Source: Ginkgo biloba
Taxonomy: Eukaryota; Plantae; Ginkgophyta
Direction: 5' to 3'
Length of the DNA: 19,127 nucleotides
Assembly: GCA_024626585.2 (NCBI GenBank)
Contig: JANKJI020000002.1
Location: 35,161,862 to 35,180,988, forward strand
Positions within the stretch are counted from its first letter, which is position 1, and each line of letters begins with the position of its first letter. A model generated the notes under the pieces. It did not search any database, was not told the origin of the DNA, and saw only the letters and a list, made by a program, of their open reading frames with translations. Positions 1 to 11,440 of this stretch are shown one piece after another. The translations under genes and the position numbers were made by a program.

Positions 1-494
1 CATATGTGAGCTTGCGATATGCACGAGATTGCGTCATTATGAATGGCGGGAGAGAGTCACTTCCACTTTTGAAAGGGAAAATGAATTGGAATGAGGCTCA
101 CGACAACTATCCACTATCCAAATCTACTTTGATTATTCATGTGAATTCATAGATTCTTTTATGCACTTTGTGAGTTGGAGAATCCATTGTTTGGGAATTT
201 TGTGCACGTGCCATAGAAGATTCTTTCAAGTTCATAGCATTGGTCCCTGTGCGAGATTTTGTATGTGTTTGGAAGATTCACGTGGAGTTTGCAGGTTCTA
301 GGACAAACCCACAGAATAGAAGAAACGCATGGCACCACTTTTGGAAAAAATTGCAACGCAGGTAGGGAAAGTTGTGGCACCCTAAGAGGGGCGGCACCTT
401 TTTCTTGAAGTTTTGAAAATTAGTTTGACGATCAAGATTTTCATTGCGGAGAGAGATGTTCGGGTTCAACCAAGTAGAGAAGCTTGTTGTGCAG

Positions 495-542
495 GTTTCT
501 ACTGGAGTTGTTTATTCATTACATAAGACTAGTACAAGAGAA
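495..542 (+). CDS. METTL5: Internal coding exon (48 nt, phase 0-0) of METTL5, rRNA N6-adenosine methyltransferase; encodes VSTGVVYSLHKTSTRE
   Basis: Flanked by acceptor ttgttgtgcAG (ends 494) and consensus donor GTAAGT (543-548), with 16 open codons. The peptide contains VYSLHK(T/S)STRE, which I recognise as a METTL5 signature (plant homologues read approximately VAS.AVYSLHKTSTRE). Identification is from memory, not a search. Confidence 0.9.
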
Positions 543-2340
543 GTAAGTATTCAGTGATGACTTCTAATGTGCTAATTTTTTTTGAGGTGAATATCATTTG
601 AGAATTTATGAGAAGAGGCTGCTAAAATAAGCAGTAAAATACAGTAAATGATTTCTATGTGCTATAATCGTATGTTTTCAGATTTTGTTGTTTTAAGACA
701 AACTTATATTAGGCAAACATAACTTAAAATCTCCATATGTATAAATTAGAATAGATATCCTTAAAAGTAAAAAGATATCTGCATCCTTTGATGAGTTTCC
801 AAACATTAAATCCATTTTGAATTTACTCCTCCTTTGTAGTGCAGTAAATCTGGTTCTATCAAATACCATTTTGCAAGCCCTGTCCCATACCTAAATGACA
901 TAGAAACTAATATACTGCAAATGAAATTCCTTGTAGCCGATTTCCTTCATACAAAGTTCAAGGAACCTTTTGTTGTTAAAAGAGAATCTCGTTTTGGCAA
1001 GAACATGAGATGTTACATCAAAAACTCAAAGTACCCAGTCGTATAACAGATCTAAAATCTCTTAAAAACCACTATTTAATTACCACTTAAACATAGCACA
1101 AATTTCAGAAAACATAACCATAACACCTCATAATTTAAGCATAGAATTGATGATCATTTATTGCTCATAAATGATGAAAAATAATCATAATATCAATAAC
1201 ATATAATATGAAAACAAACTGTTCAAAAGAGCAGACTTATAACCTATTGTAGCCACATCAAGTATGCATTAAATGCATTAAGTATAGCCAAGTACAGCCA
1301 NNNNNNNNNNNNNNNNNNNNNNNNNNNNNNNNNNNNNNNNNNNNNNNNNNNNNNNNNNNNNNNNNNNNNNNNNNNNNNNNNNNNNNNNNNNNNNNNNNNN
1401 GATTTGATTGGAGCTCTCTCTTATTAGTAAATGGGTTGCTAAGAAGACCGTTTTGCAGCTACAACAGAGGTTGTGTACAGTTGCAAGTATGATGGTGGTT
1501 GAGCTACATTAATGATGAATTAAGTAGGCTCTTTTAGTATGTATGCTGTTATTTTTTAAGTGTGTTTTCAACAGTGTTTAGGTGGATATATCAGTTGTAA
1601 TAATGGTTGTATTACAGCTTGTTTGTGGATGCTTTTAACATGTTTATGGGACTACCAAATAGTGTGTTTGTTGTTGAAATTCAGAGAAGTTTTCAGCAAG
1701 TATGTTGCATTTGATGTCTATTTTCAGTGGTAATAAAGTCTTTAATTGAATTAGTAATCCAGTGCATGATTTATGAGATGACTAACTATTGAAGTTGTGT
1801 GATTTATTTCATGTTCTCAGATGAATAACTAATGGTATCTTAGATGGTTCAAATCTGATTTATTCCGCATTGTTTATGAGTTCTCAGTTTATGAAATCAG
1901 ATTTATGGTTTATAGTTTCTCATGTTCATGCCAAAATAAGAAAATTAACATGGTAGAGAGATCATGTTAGATTTTTAAAAATTTAGGCACATTAAACACA
2001 TGTTATTTATGCACAAATTCCAACACCCCTTTTAAGGCATATAGACACTTTCTTGGAATTGTACAAACCACTATTTTTTGTTTACATCATTAATAGCCAT
2101 TAATGTTATTTTCATCACATGCTAAAATCAGAAATAAACACTTCTTGCATGCATGCATATTTTCTCCTTGGGAATGGTGCCCTCTTTTGCATGCACATTT
2201 TTCCACCTTCCATTGACTTGGTTGACGGCATGCATCCGATCAAATTGATCCAACCGCTAAATTTGTCTTCTTGGCCACAAAAGCTCTTGCATGCATGCGT
2301 GCTCATGCAATCTCAACAAAACCAAAAAGTACATGTATGC

Positions 2341-2620
2341 CAGAGTTGTCGGGTACGCGTCCCTGTCCAGTAGTGGACCCACACCCAGGACGCGAGTGCG
2401 GGTACTTCCAATACGCAGGACGGTCGGGTCATTGCTGGGTACCGTCCCCACGAGGAGCCGCGGCCATCCCCAAACTAGGACCTAAAAAAAATTAAAAAAA
2501 CATGATTTTTTTAAAAAAAAATTACACCCAGTTTTTTAACCACACTGCCCATCACGTTTCACACTAAAAAAAAAAAGATCTTTTTCATGCTAAAACCCCA
2601 AACAAAGAGAAAAGGAGGTG
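2341..2620. mobile_element. Probable terminus of a non-autonomous hAT-like DNA transposon; the other end is lost in the gap
   Basis: Abrupt switch from AT-rich to GC/CpG-rich sequence starting CAGAGTTGTCGGGTACG, with repeated subterminal motifs (gggtac x3, ggacg, gtccc) followed by A/T runs. The CAnAGT end resembles the MITE ends at 15849 and 16104. Confidence 0.5.
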
Positions 2621-2789
2621 NNNNNNNNNNNNNNNNNNNNNNNNNNNNNNNNNNNNNNNNNNNNNNNNNNNNNNNNNNNNNNNNNNNNNNNNNNNNNNNN
2701 NNNNNNNNNNNNNNNNNNNNGAACTAAAATAAATACAAGGCTTCAATGAAGTTACATTTAATGTACAAAATACATCGTGAAAGTTCATC

Positions 2790-3919
2790 AGCAGCAACCA
2801 TTTGCATAATCTAATTTCTGTCAGCTGCTACCTCTCTTCCGATGGCTTCCGTGTTGAAGTCTGTCTTCTATACATGTCTAATGTAAGTATCAGAATGAAG
2901 ACATTAGCATGGGGTGGCAACATCAATCCCTGGGTACAGTTAGACCTGTCCTTCAGTATTCCATACAGTTTTGAAATTATAATTATGCCCCTTCCCATCC
3001 CTTAAAAGAGCAGATTCCCACTTTAATAGACCATGTACATGGAGTACCTAGGCTGCTCTTGCATGTACATAGATTCCTTACTTATACCATAGAGTATTTG
3101 GGTTGCTCTTGTAGAGTGGCATAGCCACAATACATTTCCTTTTTCAAACGTGTCACATCTCATGCATTCCCCATCTCCTCGCTTAGTCAAGGACAGCTCA
3201 TGTTTCACAGCTAGACACAGGAGTATGGACCAAAGCAGAAACTGGACCTTGGTGCCACTGTAGTTTCCAAACATACTTGGAGTCTGATTACCTCCATTCT
3301 GTTGTCTTGAAGGCCTCATCTTCCATTGAGTTTCCTACACATTGACTTTTACAGCCTGAGACAGAACAGACTAAGAAAACATTACTGACAAGAAGAAAAA
3401 GACAAAACAATATTATTTAGAAGCACACTTGGAACCTATACTTTATATGTTGCCCTTTTGATCCAGCAGCTTCTGCTTGGAAGCATGTGCAACCACAAGT
3501 TGGCCAGAGTTAAAATTAAGCCTACTGCGCTGGCCTCTTCTCTGTTAAGTGTGCCATTGGGCATAAAGGGGTGCTGATTTGCATACACAAGTGGATACTG
3601 TCCTCATTTTCATCATGACTTTTCATAATTTGGACTTTACTTCACGACTGACAGTTTTTTCAAGGAAAATTGCACCCTAGAAGCTGAAGAGTACCTTTGT
3701 CATCATCCAATAATCAGATCTCATCATTGGTTGAACTGGTAACTCTGTTTTTGGGTTTGGCATGCACTTATGACCTTTGCCTTGCATTTTTTAAGCAGAA
3801 GTTAAGGGTTGTTGGGCAGCTAAGCCTAGGGTACAGGCTTTAGTCTTCATTTCTTTACCTCTGACAAGCATGTGGAGCAGTAAATAGGGCTCAGACTGCA
3901 TTTTCTGATCAGGTGAAGA
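2790..3919 (-). pseudogene. Degenerate spliced protein-coding relic, possibly the C-terminal part of a DNA-transposon protein
   Basis: On the minus strand there is an 80-86 nt GT...AG intron (donor at 3441 or 3435, acceptor at 3356) with a long U-rich tract, flanked by coding-like sequence broken by stops and frameshifts (ETQWKMRP, GNVLWLC, PCTWSIKVG). A 3'UTR-like stretch follows. Confidence 0.4.
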
Positions 3920-4565
3920 NNNNNNNNNNNNNNNNNNNNNNNNNNNNNNNNNNNNNNNNNNNNNNNNNNNNNNNNNNNNNNNNNNNNNNNNNNNNNNNNN
4001 NNNNNNNNNNNNNNNNNNNNNNNNNNNNNNNNNNNNNNNNNNNNNNNNNNNNNNNNNNNNNNNNNNNNNNNNNNNNNNNNNNNNNNNNNNNNNNNNNNNN
4101 NNNNNNNNNNNNNNNNNNNNNNNNNNNNNNNNNNNNNNNNNNNNNNNNNNNNNNNNNNNNNNNNNNNNNNNNNNNNNNNNNNNNNNNNNNNNNNNNNNNN
4201 NNNNNNNNNNNNNNNNNNNNNNNNNNNNNNNNNNNNNNNNNNNNNNNNNNNNNNNNNNNNNNNNNNNNNNNNNNNNNNNNNNNNNNNNNNNNNNNNNNNN
4301 NNNNNNNNNNNNNNNNNNNNNNNNNNNNNNNNNNNNNNNNNNNNNNNNNNNNNNNNNNNNNNNNNNNNNNNNNNNNNNNNNNNNNNNNNNNNNNNNNNNN
4401 NNNNNNNNNNNNNNNNNNNNNNNNNNNNNNNNNNNNNNNNNNNNNNNNNNNNNNNNNNNNNNNNNNNNNNNNNNNNNNNNNNNNNNNNNNNNNNNNNNNN
4501 NNNNNNNNNNNNNNNNNNNNNNNNNNNNNNNNNNNNNNNNNNNNNNNNNNNNNNNNNNNNNNNNN

Positions 4566-5278
4566 CATGATTTCTAATGCTCTGGATAACAAGGGATGAT
4601 ACATATATAAGTGTTTGGGAGCACCTTATAGATGGAATATACGTTGAGACAACGTATGGTATGGCATTCTTGGACAGATGTTGTAAGTCCCATATATTAC
4701 CCTGTATGGCACCCATGTTTCATTGGTCCTTTATTGAAATGCTTTAGCAAATGCAAAAGGAGCTAAGGGATTGCCTAAGGAATAGAGAGGGCACAAGCAC
4801 GTGCCAAGTTGTATGCGAGCTGGCATAGATTACAAAGGTCATTTGAGGTGGGAGAGATGGTGTATTTGGGGGTGCAGCCCAATAGTTCATTGTCTCTAGG
4901 AAGGTGTGCAAAGCTCTCAGCAGGTGATTGTGGACAATCCCAAATACTGGAAAAGATAATTGTAGTAGCTTACAGATTGCAACTGTCAGCACGTGTAAAG
5001 ATGCACCCAGTGTTCCATGTAAGTTTTCTTAAGAAAGCTTTGACACGATTTGACAACGTGATGCCTGCTTTTGCAGATGTGCAAGAACTAGAGCAACAGG
5101 TGCACGATCCCATTGGAATAGTGGATGAAAGCAGCAGAAAGTTGCAGAACAAAGAAACTAAGAATGATTTGGTGGAATGGTCAAATAATCCAATTGAAGA
5201 AGCCACATGGGAATCAACCACTTTTGTGTAAGAAGTTGGTCTCATTTAGGACAATGATCTCTGCAAGGTAGTGAAAGA
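4566..5278 (+). mobile_element. Ty3/gypsy chromovirus pol 3' end: integrase C-terminus (GPY/F region) and chromodomain, degenerate
   Basis: RAQARAKLYA..RSFEVGEMVYLGVQP..KLSAGDCGQSQILEKIIVVAYRLQL..MHPVFHVSFLKK corresponds to the GPY/F module, and DLVEWSNNPIEEATWE is a chromodomain. It ends in a decayed purine-rich tract (about 5265-5278) directly before TGTTAT. Confidence 0.9.
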
Positions 5279-5796
5279 TGTTATAGGCTAGTCAATCCAA
5301 CCAAATTACACTTTGAAAAGAGGGAAAAGTGTTAAGTAATGAAGCTAGTTTATTAGCACTGAAACTTTTAATAACACTACTTGGAACAGTTATAATTAAA
5401 AGAAATGAAAAGTCATTAATGGCTAAAAGGATAGATCCTAGTAGGAGGCCTCCAATCAAATGATGACATGTGGAAAACAACCCCATAGAGGAGTGGTTGG
5501 AGTTAGGGAAGTTTTAATGACAAGTCTAGATATTCTATGAGGGTATCATAGCCCAGTTTTGTTATAAAACTAGAGGCTTGNNNNNNNNNNNNNNNNNNNN
5601 NNNNNNNNNNNNNNNNNNNNNNNNNNNNNNNNNNNNNNNNNNNNNNNNNNNNNNNNNNNNNNNNNNNNNNNNNNNNNNNNGAAGTAACTCGACTAGTTTG
5701 TATCCTTTATAAGGAGGCTTTCGCCCCTCTCTTTTTGTCATGCAATACTAAGAATTCCTTAGAGTAATCTTGTTTTCTCTTTGTGTTCCTGTGATA
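5279..5796 (+). mobile_element. LTR (or halves of two different LTRs joined across a 100-N gap)
   Basis: Starts TGTTAT immediately after the PPT-like tract, has TATAAAA at 5563-5569, and ends GTGATA immediately before a PBS. Confidence 0.65.
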
Positions 5797-5809
5797 TGGT
5801 ATTAGAGCC
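5797..5809 (+). other. Primer binding site complementary to the tRNA-iMet 3' end
   Basis: TGGTATTAGAGCC versus the canonical TGGTATCAGAGCC (12/13, one C>T). Confidence 0.8.
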
Positions 5810-6230
5810 ACAGTAGAGCCACGGATCTATGAGAGCGTGAAGACCTAGGGACTGTTGCCGGTAGTGATAGATCGAGGGATCGCCAATGTGACATGGAAGA
5901 GATTCAAAAGGGTTTTCGATCAGTCGAAATCAAGAATCGATTTTTTTTAATGCCTTGCATCCAATTTTATTTTTCTAGGTATGATTTTCTGAGGGTTAGA
6001 AATCGAGCATATTCCCATTCTCGATTTCAAAAGTCAAAATTGTTTTTTTAAGGGGAGTAAGACTGTTGTCAAGTCAAAATCGTTTTTTTTTAAAACTACT
6101 AAGTCAAATATTGACTTTTTTGAAAAGCTGCCAAGGAGAATATAGATTTTTTTAAAATCGATTTTTTTGTGAGCAGCCGCCAAGTGCAAACGCGCCGCTA
6201 TAAAGTTGCCAAGTGAAAATGCATGGAGAG

Positions 6231-6515
6231 TGCCACCAGGAAGAAATCGTGCCTGCCTGGTGAGTTTTGTGCTGTCGGGAAGAATTCATGCCTCCCTGGT
6301 GAGTTGTGATCCGCCGCCACAAACTCTAAGCCCCAGGAAGAGTTTGAGAAGCCGCTAGGAAGATTGTAAGCTATCGGGAAGAGTTTGAGTGCCATCTAGT
6401 GTTCTTTGAGCTGCCAGAAAGATTTTGAGCCACCTGGGAGGAATCTGAGTTGTCGCCAGGTAAAAACGTGCCTATTTGGGAAGAGTTTTCCGCCCCCATA
6501 AGAGTTTGAGCTCAA
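6231..6515. repeat. Imperfect tandem repeats in the retrotransposon 5' leader
   Basis: A 39-bp-period pair (ggaagaaatcgtgcctgcctggtgagtt at 6239 and ggaagaattcatgcctccctggtgagtt at 6278) followed by several ggaagagtttgag-like units of about 20 bp. Confidence 0.7.
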
Positions 6516-7364
6516 ACTAAACCACCGTCTGCATTTCTTTTGCATTCCTTACCTATATGAATCAGTACGAACGTTTTTTAGGAGAAATCAAAGGTAGACT
6601 TAAGGAGTACAACCTGTTGTACTGCAGCAACAGTTTTTTTTTTTCTTTCTCGATTTTCATGCAAATACAGAGGAGCTGGGAGTAGTTTGAAGTTGTTCTT
6701 GCCTGTATTGCGGCCCAGATCTGGAGACTTGGCATTTTNNNNNNNNNNNNNNNNNNNNNNNNNNNNNNNNNNNNNNNNNNNNNNNNNNNNNNNNNNNNNN
6801 NNNNNNNNNNNNNNNNNNNNNNNNNNNNNNNNNNNNNNTACTGTGGTCATGTGATTGATTGTTTGAACCCGCATTTATTAATGGTCAACTCATTATTTAA
6901 TTATGGGTAGCTTAATATTTAACTATCTTTGGTCCAATACTTAACCATAGTTGGGTTAATATTGACTATTGTTAGAAAGAGATATTGTTTTATAATAGTC
7001 TAAACTAATGTTAGTAGTAATAAGTTTAAAAGAAATTCTACCAAGATGTTACTAAAGATATTAACTAGATATTATCAAAAGAATATTTTATGGCAATAAT
7101 TGACATGGGTTTGTATTAGTATATGTATGATTAAACACATCTATCCATTTGAGTGGACCCCATCTCCATTCCTTTATGAATTTCAACACTCATACATAAA
7201 ACTCAATCAATAGAGTTGTGTCGCCTCTAGTTTGCTTGCCTAAATGCAAACAATAGTGATGCCCCATATAACCATTCAAAATTTGGGTAAAAGGATCTAA
7301 AAACCCCACAGTTGCCCACCATACCTACAATTTTGCATGCCAAACCAAGAGTATTGGCATAGAG

Positions 7365-8141
7365 TTTTATTAAAATAGGGGATGGAGACGTAGACACCTC
7401 TATGCAACAATGTCAATTACAACTTGAAGAAACCCCTGCAAAGAAATACTAATCAAACTATGGAACAAAATGACATCGATGAAATTCTTCCTCATCAGTA
7501 TTTAAAAGTCCCAATCCTAGTAGATTTAGGATGACAGAACTAACATCCCTTGCTTTCCATAATTTGGAGTTCATCACCACATAGACTTGTGCCTTATTGG
7601 TGACTGCCTCCATTTACCGAACCTCTAACTTTCATAATTGAGTCCCAACTTAGTCAATAAATTGGTCACCATCCAATTAAGTTAATGAGTACTTGATTAA
7701 GGGTCATTGTGTTGGCTGCCATCAACTTCCTAATCATAGAGCTTAGCTCCTTGCTCCTGACCCATGCTTTAGTTTCCCTAAAAATTCTACAAACTACTGC
7801 TTAAGGACCTTGGATATCATATTGATGAAATGTCTTATTGGGATCCTCCATATCTCACGGATTGTAGTTTTAAAAAATACCCATCATATTAACCATGACA
7901 TCTTGTCTACATGAAACTAGTCAAAGGTTTGACACCATGAGGCAATTGTAAAAAATAGGAGTATTATGTCCTCGTGCCTATCTAACTCCTCAACTAGGGG
8001 GCTTATCTGAAACAATTCAAGCAATAGCATCCAGATTCTCTTAACAGCATGACACTCCCACGAGAAATTGGCAAGTGTTTTCAAGCATTGTACAAGTATG
8101 AACCACCGAGCATCAGTAGTTTCCTTCCAGACAATCCAAAG
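7365..8141 (-). mobile_element. Probable degraded L1-type LINE 3' end (ORF2 C-terminal zinc-binding region and 3' UTR)
   Basis: Minus-strand translation gives CLKTLANFSWECHAVKRIW, resembling E(T)xxHxFxxCxxxxxIW of zf-RVT. A frameshifted EIWR..NKTF resembles IWxxRNxxxF. The region ends in ccccTATTTTAATAAAA near 7365-7381. Confidence 0.5.
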
Positions 8142-10799
8142 NNNNNNNNNNNNNNNNNNNNNNNNNNNNNNNNNNNNNNNNNNNNNNNNNNNNNNNNNNN
8201 NNNNNNNNNNNNNNNNNNNNNNNNNNNNNNNNNNNNNNNNNNNNNNNNNNNNNNNNNNNNNNNNNNNNNNNNNNNNNNNNNNNNNNNNNNNNNNNNNNNN
8301 NNNNNNNNNNNNNNNNNNNNNNNNNNNNNNNNNNNNNNNNNNNNNNNNNNNNNNNNNNNNNNNNNNNNNNNNNNNNNNNNNNNNNNNNNNNNNNNNNNNN
8401 NNNNNNNNNNNNNNNNNNNNNNNNNNNNNNNNNNNNNNNNNNNNNNNNNNNNNNNNNNNNNNNNNNNNNNNNNNNNNNNNNNNNNNNNNNNNNNNNNNNN
8501 NNNNNNNNNNNNNNNNNNNNNNNNNNNNNNNNNNNNNNNNNNNNNNNNNNNNNNNNNNNNNNNNNNNNNNNNNNNNNNNNNNNNNNNNNNNNNNNNNNNN
8601 NNNNNNNNNNNNNNNNNNNNNNNNNNNNNNNNNNNNNNNNNNNNNNNNNNNNNNNNNNNNNNNNNNNNNNNNNNNNNNNNNNNNNNNNNNNNNNNNNNNN
8701 NNNNNNNNNNNNNNNNNNNNNNNNNNNNNNNNNNNNNNNNNNNNNNNNNNNNNNNNNNNNNNNNNNNNNNNNNNNNNNNNNNNNNNNNNNNNNNNNNNNN
8801 NNNNNNNNNNNNNNNNNNNNNNNNNNNNNNNNNNNNNNNNNNNNNNNNNNNNNNNNNNNNNNNNNNNNNNNNNNNNNNNNNNNNNNNNNNNNNNNNNNNN
8901 NNNNNNNNNNNNNNNNNNNNNNNNNNNNNNNNNNNNNNNNNNNNNNNNNNNNNNNNNNNNNNNNNNNNNNNNNNNNNNNNNNNNAGTGAAGAAGACAAAT
9001 AAAAAAAATAGAGAATTCTATTTTTGCCAAGGCTGTGAAGAAGTTTGTTGCAAGCAAAAAAATCACTATTGTGAGAAAGAAATCACTATTGGATGTTATA
9101 GGGTTTTGAGAGAAGCATAGAACAGGTCGCATCGGGTATATAACTACATGCTCACATTGCTGCTATGAATTGGGAGCAAAGCCTTTGAACGTTGGACTGT
9201 TAGAGGTCCTAGCGATTGTGAAAAGAACACCACGAATGATTGAGGAGTTGTGAAGGGCTATGCAAAGATACGTAATTGTTTGCACGGCCATGAGGCCATA
9301 TGAAGAAATTAGGAGTCTTCCAAATGCTGAGCAAAGAAGGTGTAACGCTATTGGAAGGCCCTGTTGAAATTGTAGGGTGTTGGAACGTCGAGTGAAGGCC
9401 GCAAGTATGTGGAAAGCCACGGGAGCTCTTTTGAGACATCACGACGATTGTAGAGCCTTGAGGCCACTAGGAAGAATGTCGAAGCCAAAGTGGTAGCAAG
9501 TCGCTCGAAGGAGGTGGATCTGCCAATCGAATACACCAAAAATCGGGGATTGAAGCGAAACAGTTGGGCGCCATAGGCAAAAACCAGAAATTCAAAATAA
9601 TTTGACATTCTTATTATTTTTTTTCTGAAGTTCACCTTTAATTTAACCGTATTTGATAAACTTTCAATTTCGGCAATTTAAAAACAATTGGCACCTTACC
9701 CCTGGTCACATGGAGAAAGGAGTTATTCCTTTTTTCTAACAAACTGATAGTCACCTCTAAAAACAAAAAACACCACCGGACACCAATTTTCATTCTTTGT
9801 CACTATGGACTATATGGACTACCTACGTGGACATGGTCATATGGACTATATGCAGGCTACCTGCTTGTAGACCGAAGATTTTTATGTTTATTGATGATTC
9901 TGGCACCCTGTGAGGTGACTGAAGAAACACTTTTGCCCAAAAACAATAAAAACATTAAAAACCACTCAAAAAAATATTTAAAATCAAATCATTTCTCCAA
10001 AACATTCATATTTCTTCTTTCTTTTCGACTTTCTCTGCAGTGGGAATACTTCCCCACGAAGTTATTGCACACGCATACGTAAACTCGGTCATCGGAACAG
10101 AGCCGACCTNNNNNNNNNNNNNNNNNNNNNNNNNNNNNNNNNNNNNNNNNNNNNNNNNNNNNNNNNNNNNNNNNNNNNNNNNNNNNNNNNNNNNNNNNNN
10201 NNNNNNNNNTTGTTGTTTGGTTTATTATGAACCAAATTTATGTGTGAGAGGAAGACTGAGTGGAATTCAGCTAATGTCATTGAAAAAGGATATTATATGA
10301 TGTTGTAGAGATTTACTGTAAATCTAGGAGGTTGTATTGGATTATATTATTAATGTTCTAAGAGAAAAATACAATCTACTTATATGCATCTTAGTGGAGG
10401 TGGATGATTTCAGAGGTGATTGCAGGCAATTTTCAAAAGATTATTTGCACACTGTGAGGCATTGCAAACCTTGGGCAACTTTTTTCTTGCATCTAAAGTC
10501 AATGTTTGACTCTGTCTGACCACAGTGAACCGCAAGCATGCTAAAAGATCGTGTTCCCCGCTTCAACAAAAATGGCTTCTTGTGAGAAACGAAGGAGACG
10601 TTGTGACGGTATGCTATGGTCTTCAATTTGTTCTACGAAAGGTAGTGGTGAAGGTGATTGTAGGGGCCTCTGGCGTTCATTGCAGACACATTTGCTCTAT
10701 GTTCGGGGTTCGGCACAGTAGAGCACGCAAGGAAGGCTACCGCAGTCGCAAACGCACAAGCAATGAGATGCAAGGGCATTTGCAAGCAAAACCCCTAAT

Positions 10800-11268
10800 G
10801 TCACCAAAATAAAAATTAATGCATGCCATGAACCCGCGTGCAACCTGAACATCATTGAATGGTGCCCTCTTCCTTGTCTTTCATGTGTCATACCAGTTTA
10901 GGTTAACAACATAAGCTTCCAGGTGAAGTGGTGTGTTAAGCTAATTCCACCTCTGATGAATGTTCTCCTCCAATATCTTATACAACTCCATCCCTCCTAT
11001 CAGTAATAGTTTGTATCCACTCACACATGGAATCTAAGATCTCATAAACCTCACCTAGACAAGGAGGATTTGTATCCCTATAATGGATCACATCTACAAT
11101 AGGCTCTATGACATCAATGATGAATATCACCTTAATCCAAAATTGGTCATCTATTATCATCCTTCTCACTTGAATGGCAGCATTTGAAGAGGATTGTTTA
11201 CAATTCGTCCACATCTCTCTAATGGCCATGGCACTCAAGGCCCCATGTATGTCAAGAAGTTGATGCAA
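10800..11268 (-). mobile_element. hAT-superfamily transposase relic (plant DUF659-associated type) with a frameshift and stops
   Basis: IIDDQFWIKV.FIIDVIEPIVDVIHYRDTNPPCLGEVYE..DSMCE, then after a frameshift IHQRWN*LNTPLHLEAYVVNLNWYD (core at 10923-10952) and RAPFNDVQVARGFMAC. These match the RW...PLH.AAY.LNP motif of plant hAT transposases. Confidence 0.9.
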
Positions 11269-11440
11269 NNNNNNNNNNNNNNNNNNNNNNNNNNNNNNNN
11301 NNNNNNNNNNNNNNNNNNNNNNNNNNNNNNNNNNNNNNNNNNNNNNNNNNNNNNNNNNNNNNNNNNNNTGTTGTAGTAAGCATGTGATATATAATACTTG
11401 TTTGTAAGGCTCCAAATTCATGCAATCTCTTGTTTCGCAG

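Noticed and set aside
533-542. TACAAGAGAA resembling the METTL16 target UACAGAGAA next to the donor
   Set aside because: It is not an exact match and is explained by the codons for S-T-R-E.
2119-2495. Cluster of short overlapping ORFs
   Set aside because: They arise from gcatgc-rich low-complexity DNA and a GC-rich TE end, and no protein is recognisable.
6198-6395. ORF with repeated NSPGRH(E/D)FF peptide
   Set aside because: It simply reflects the 39-bp DNA repeat on the opposite strand, with no evidence of coding function.
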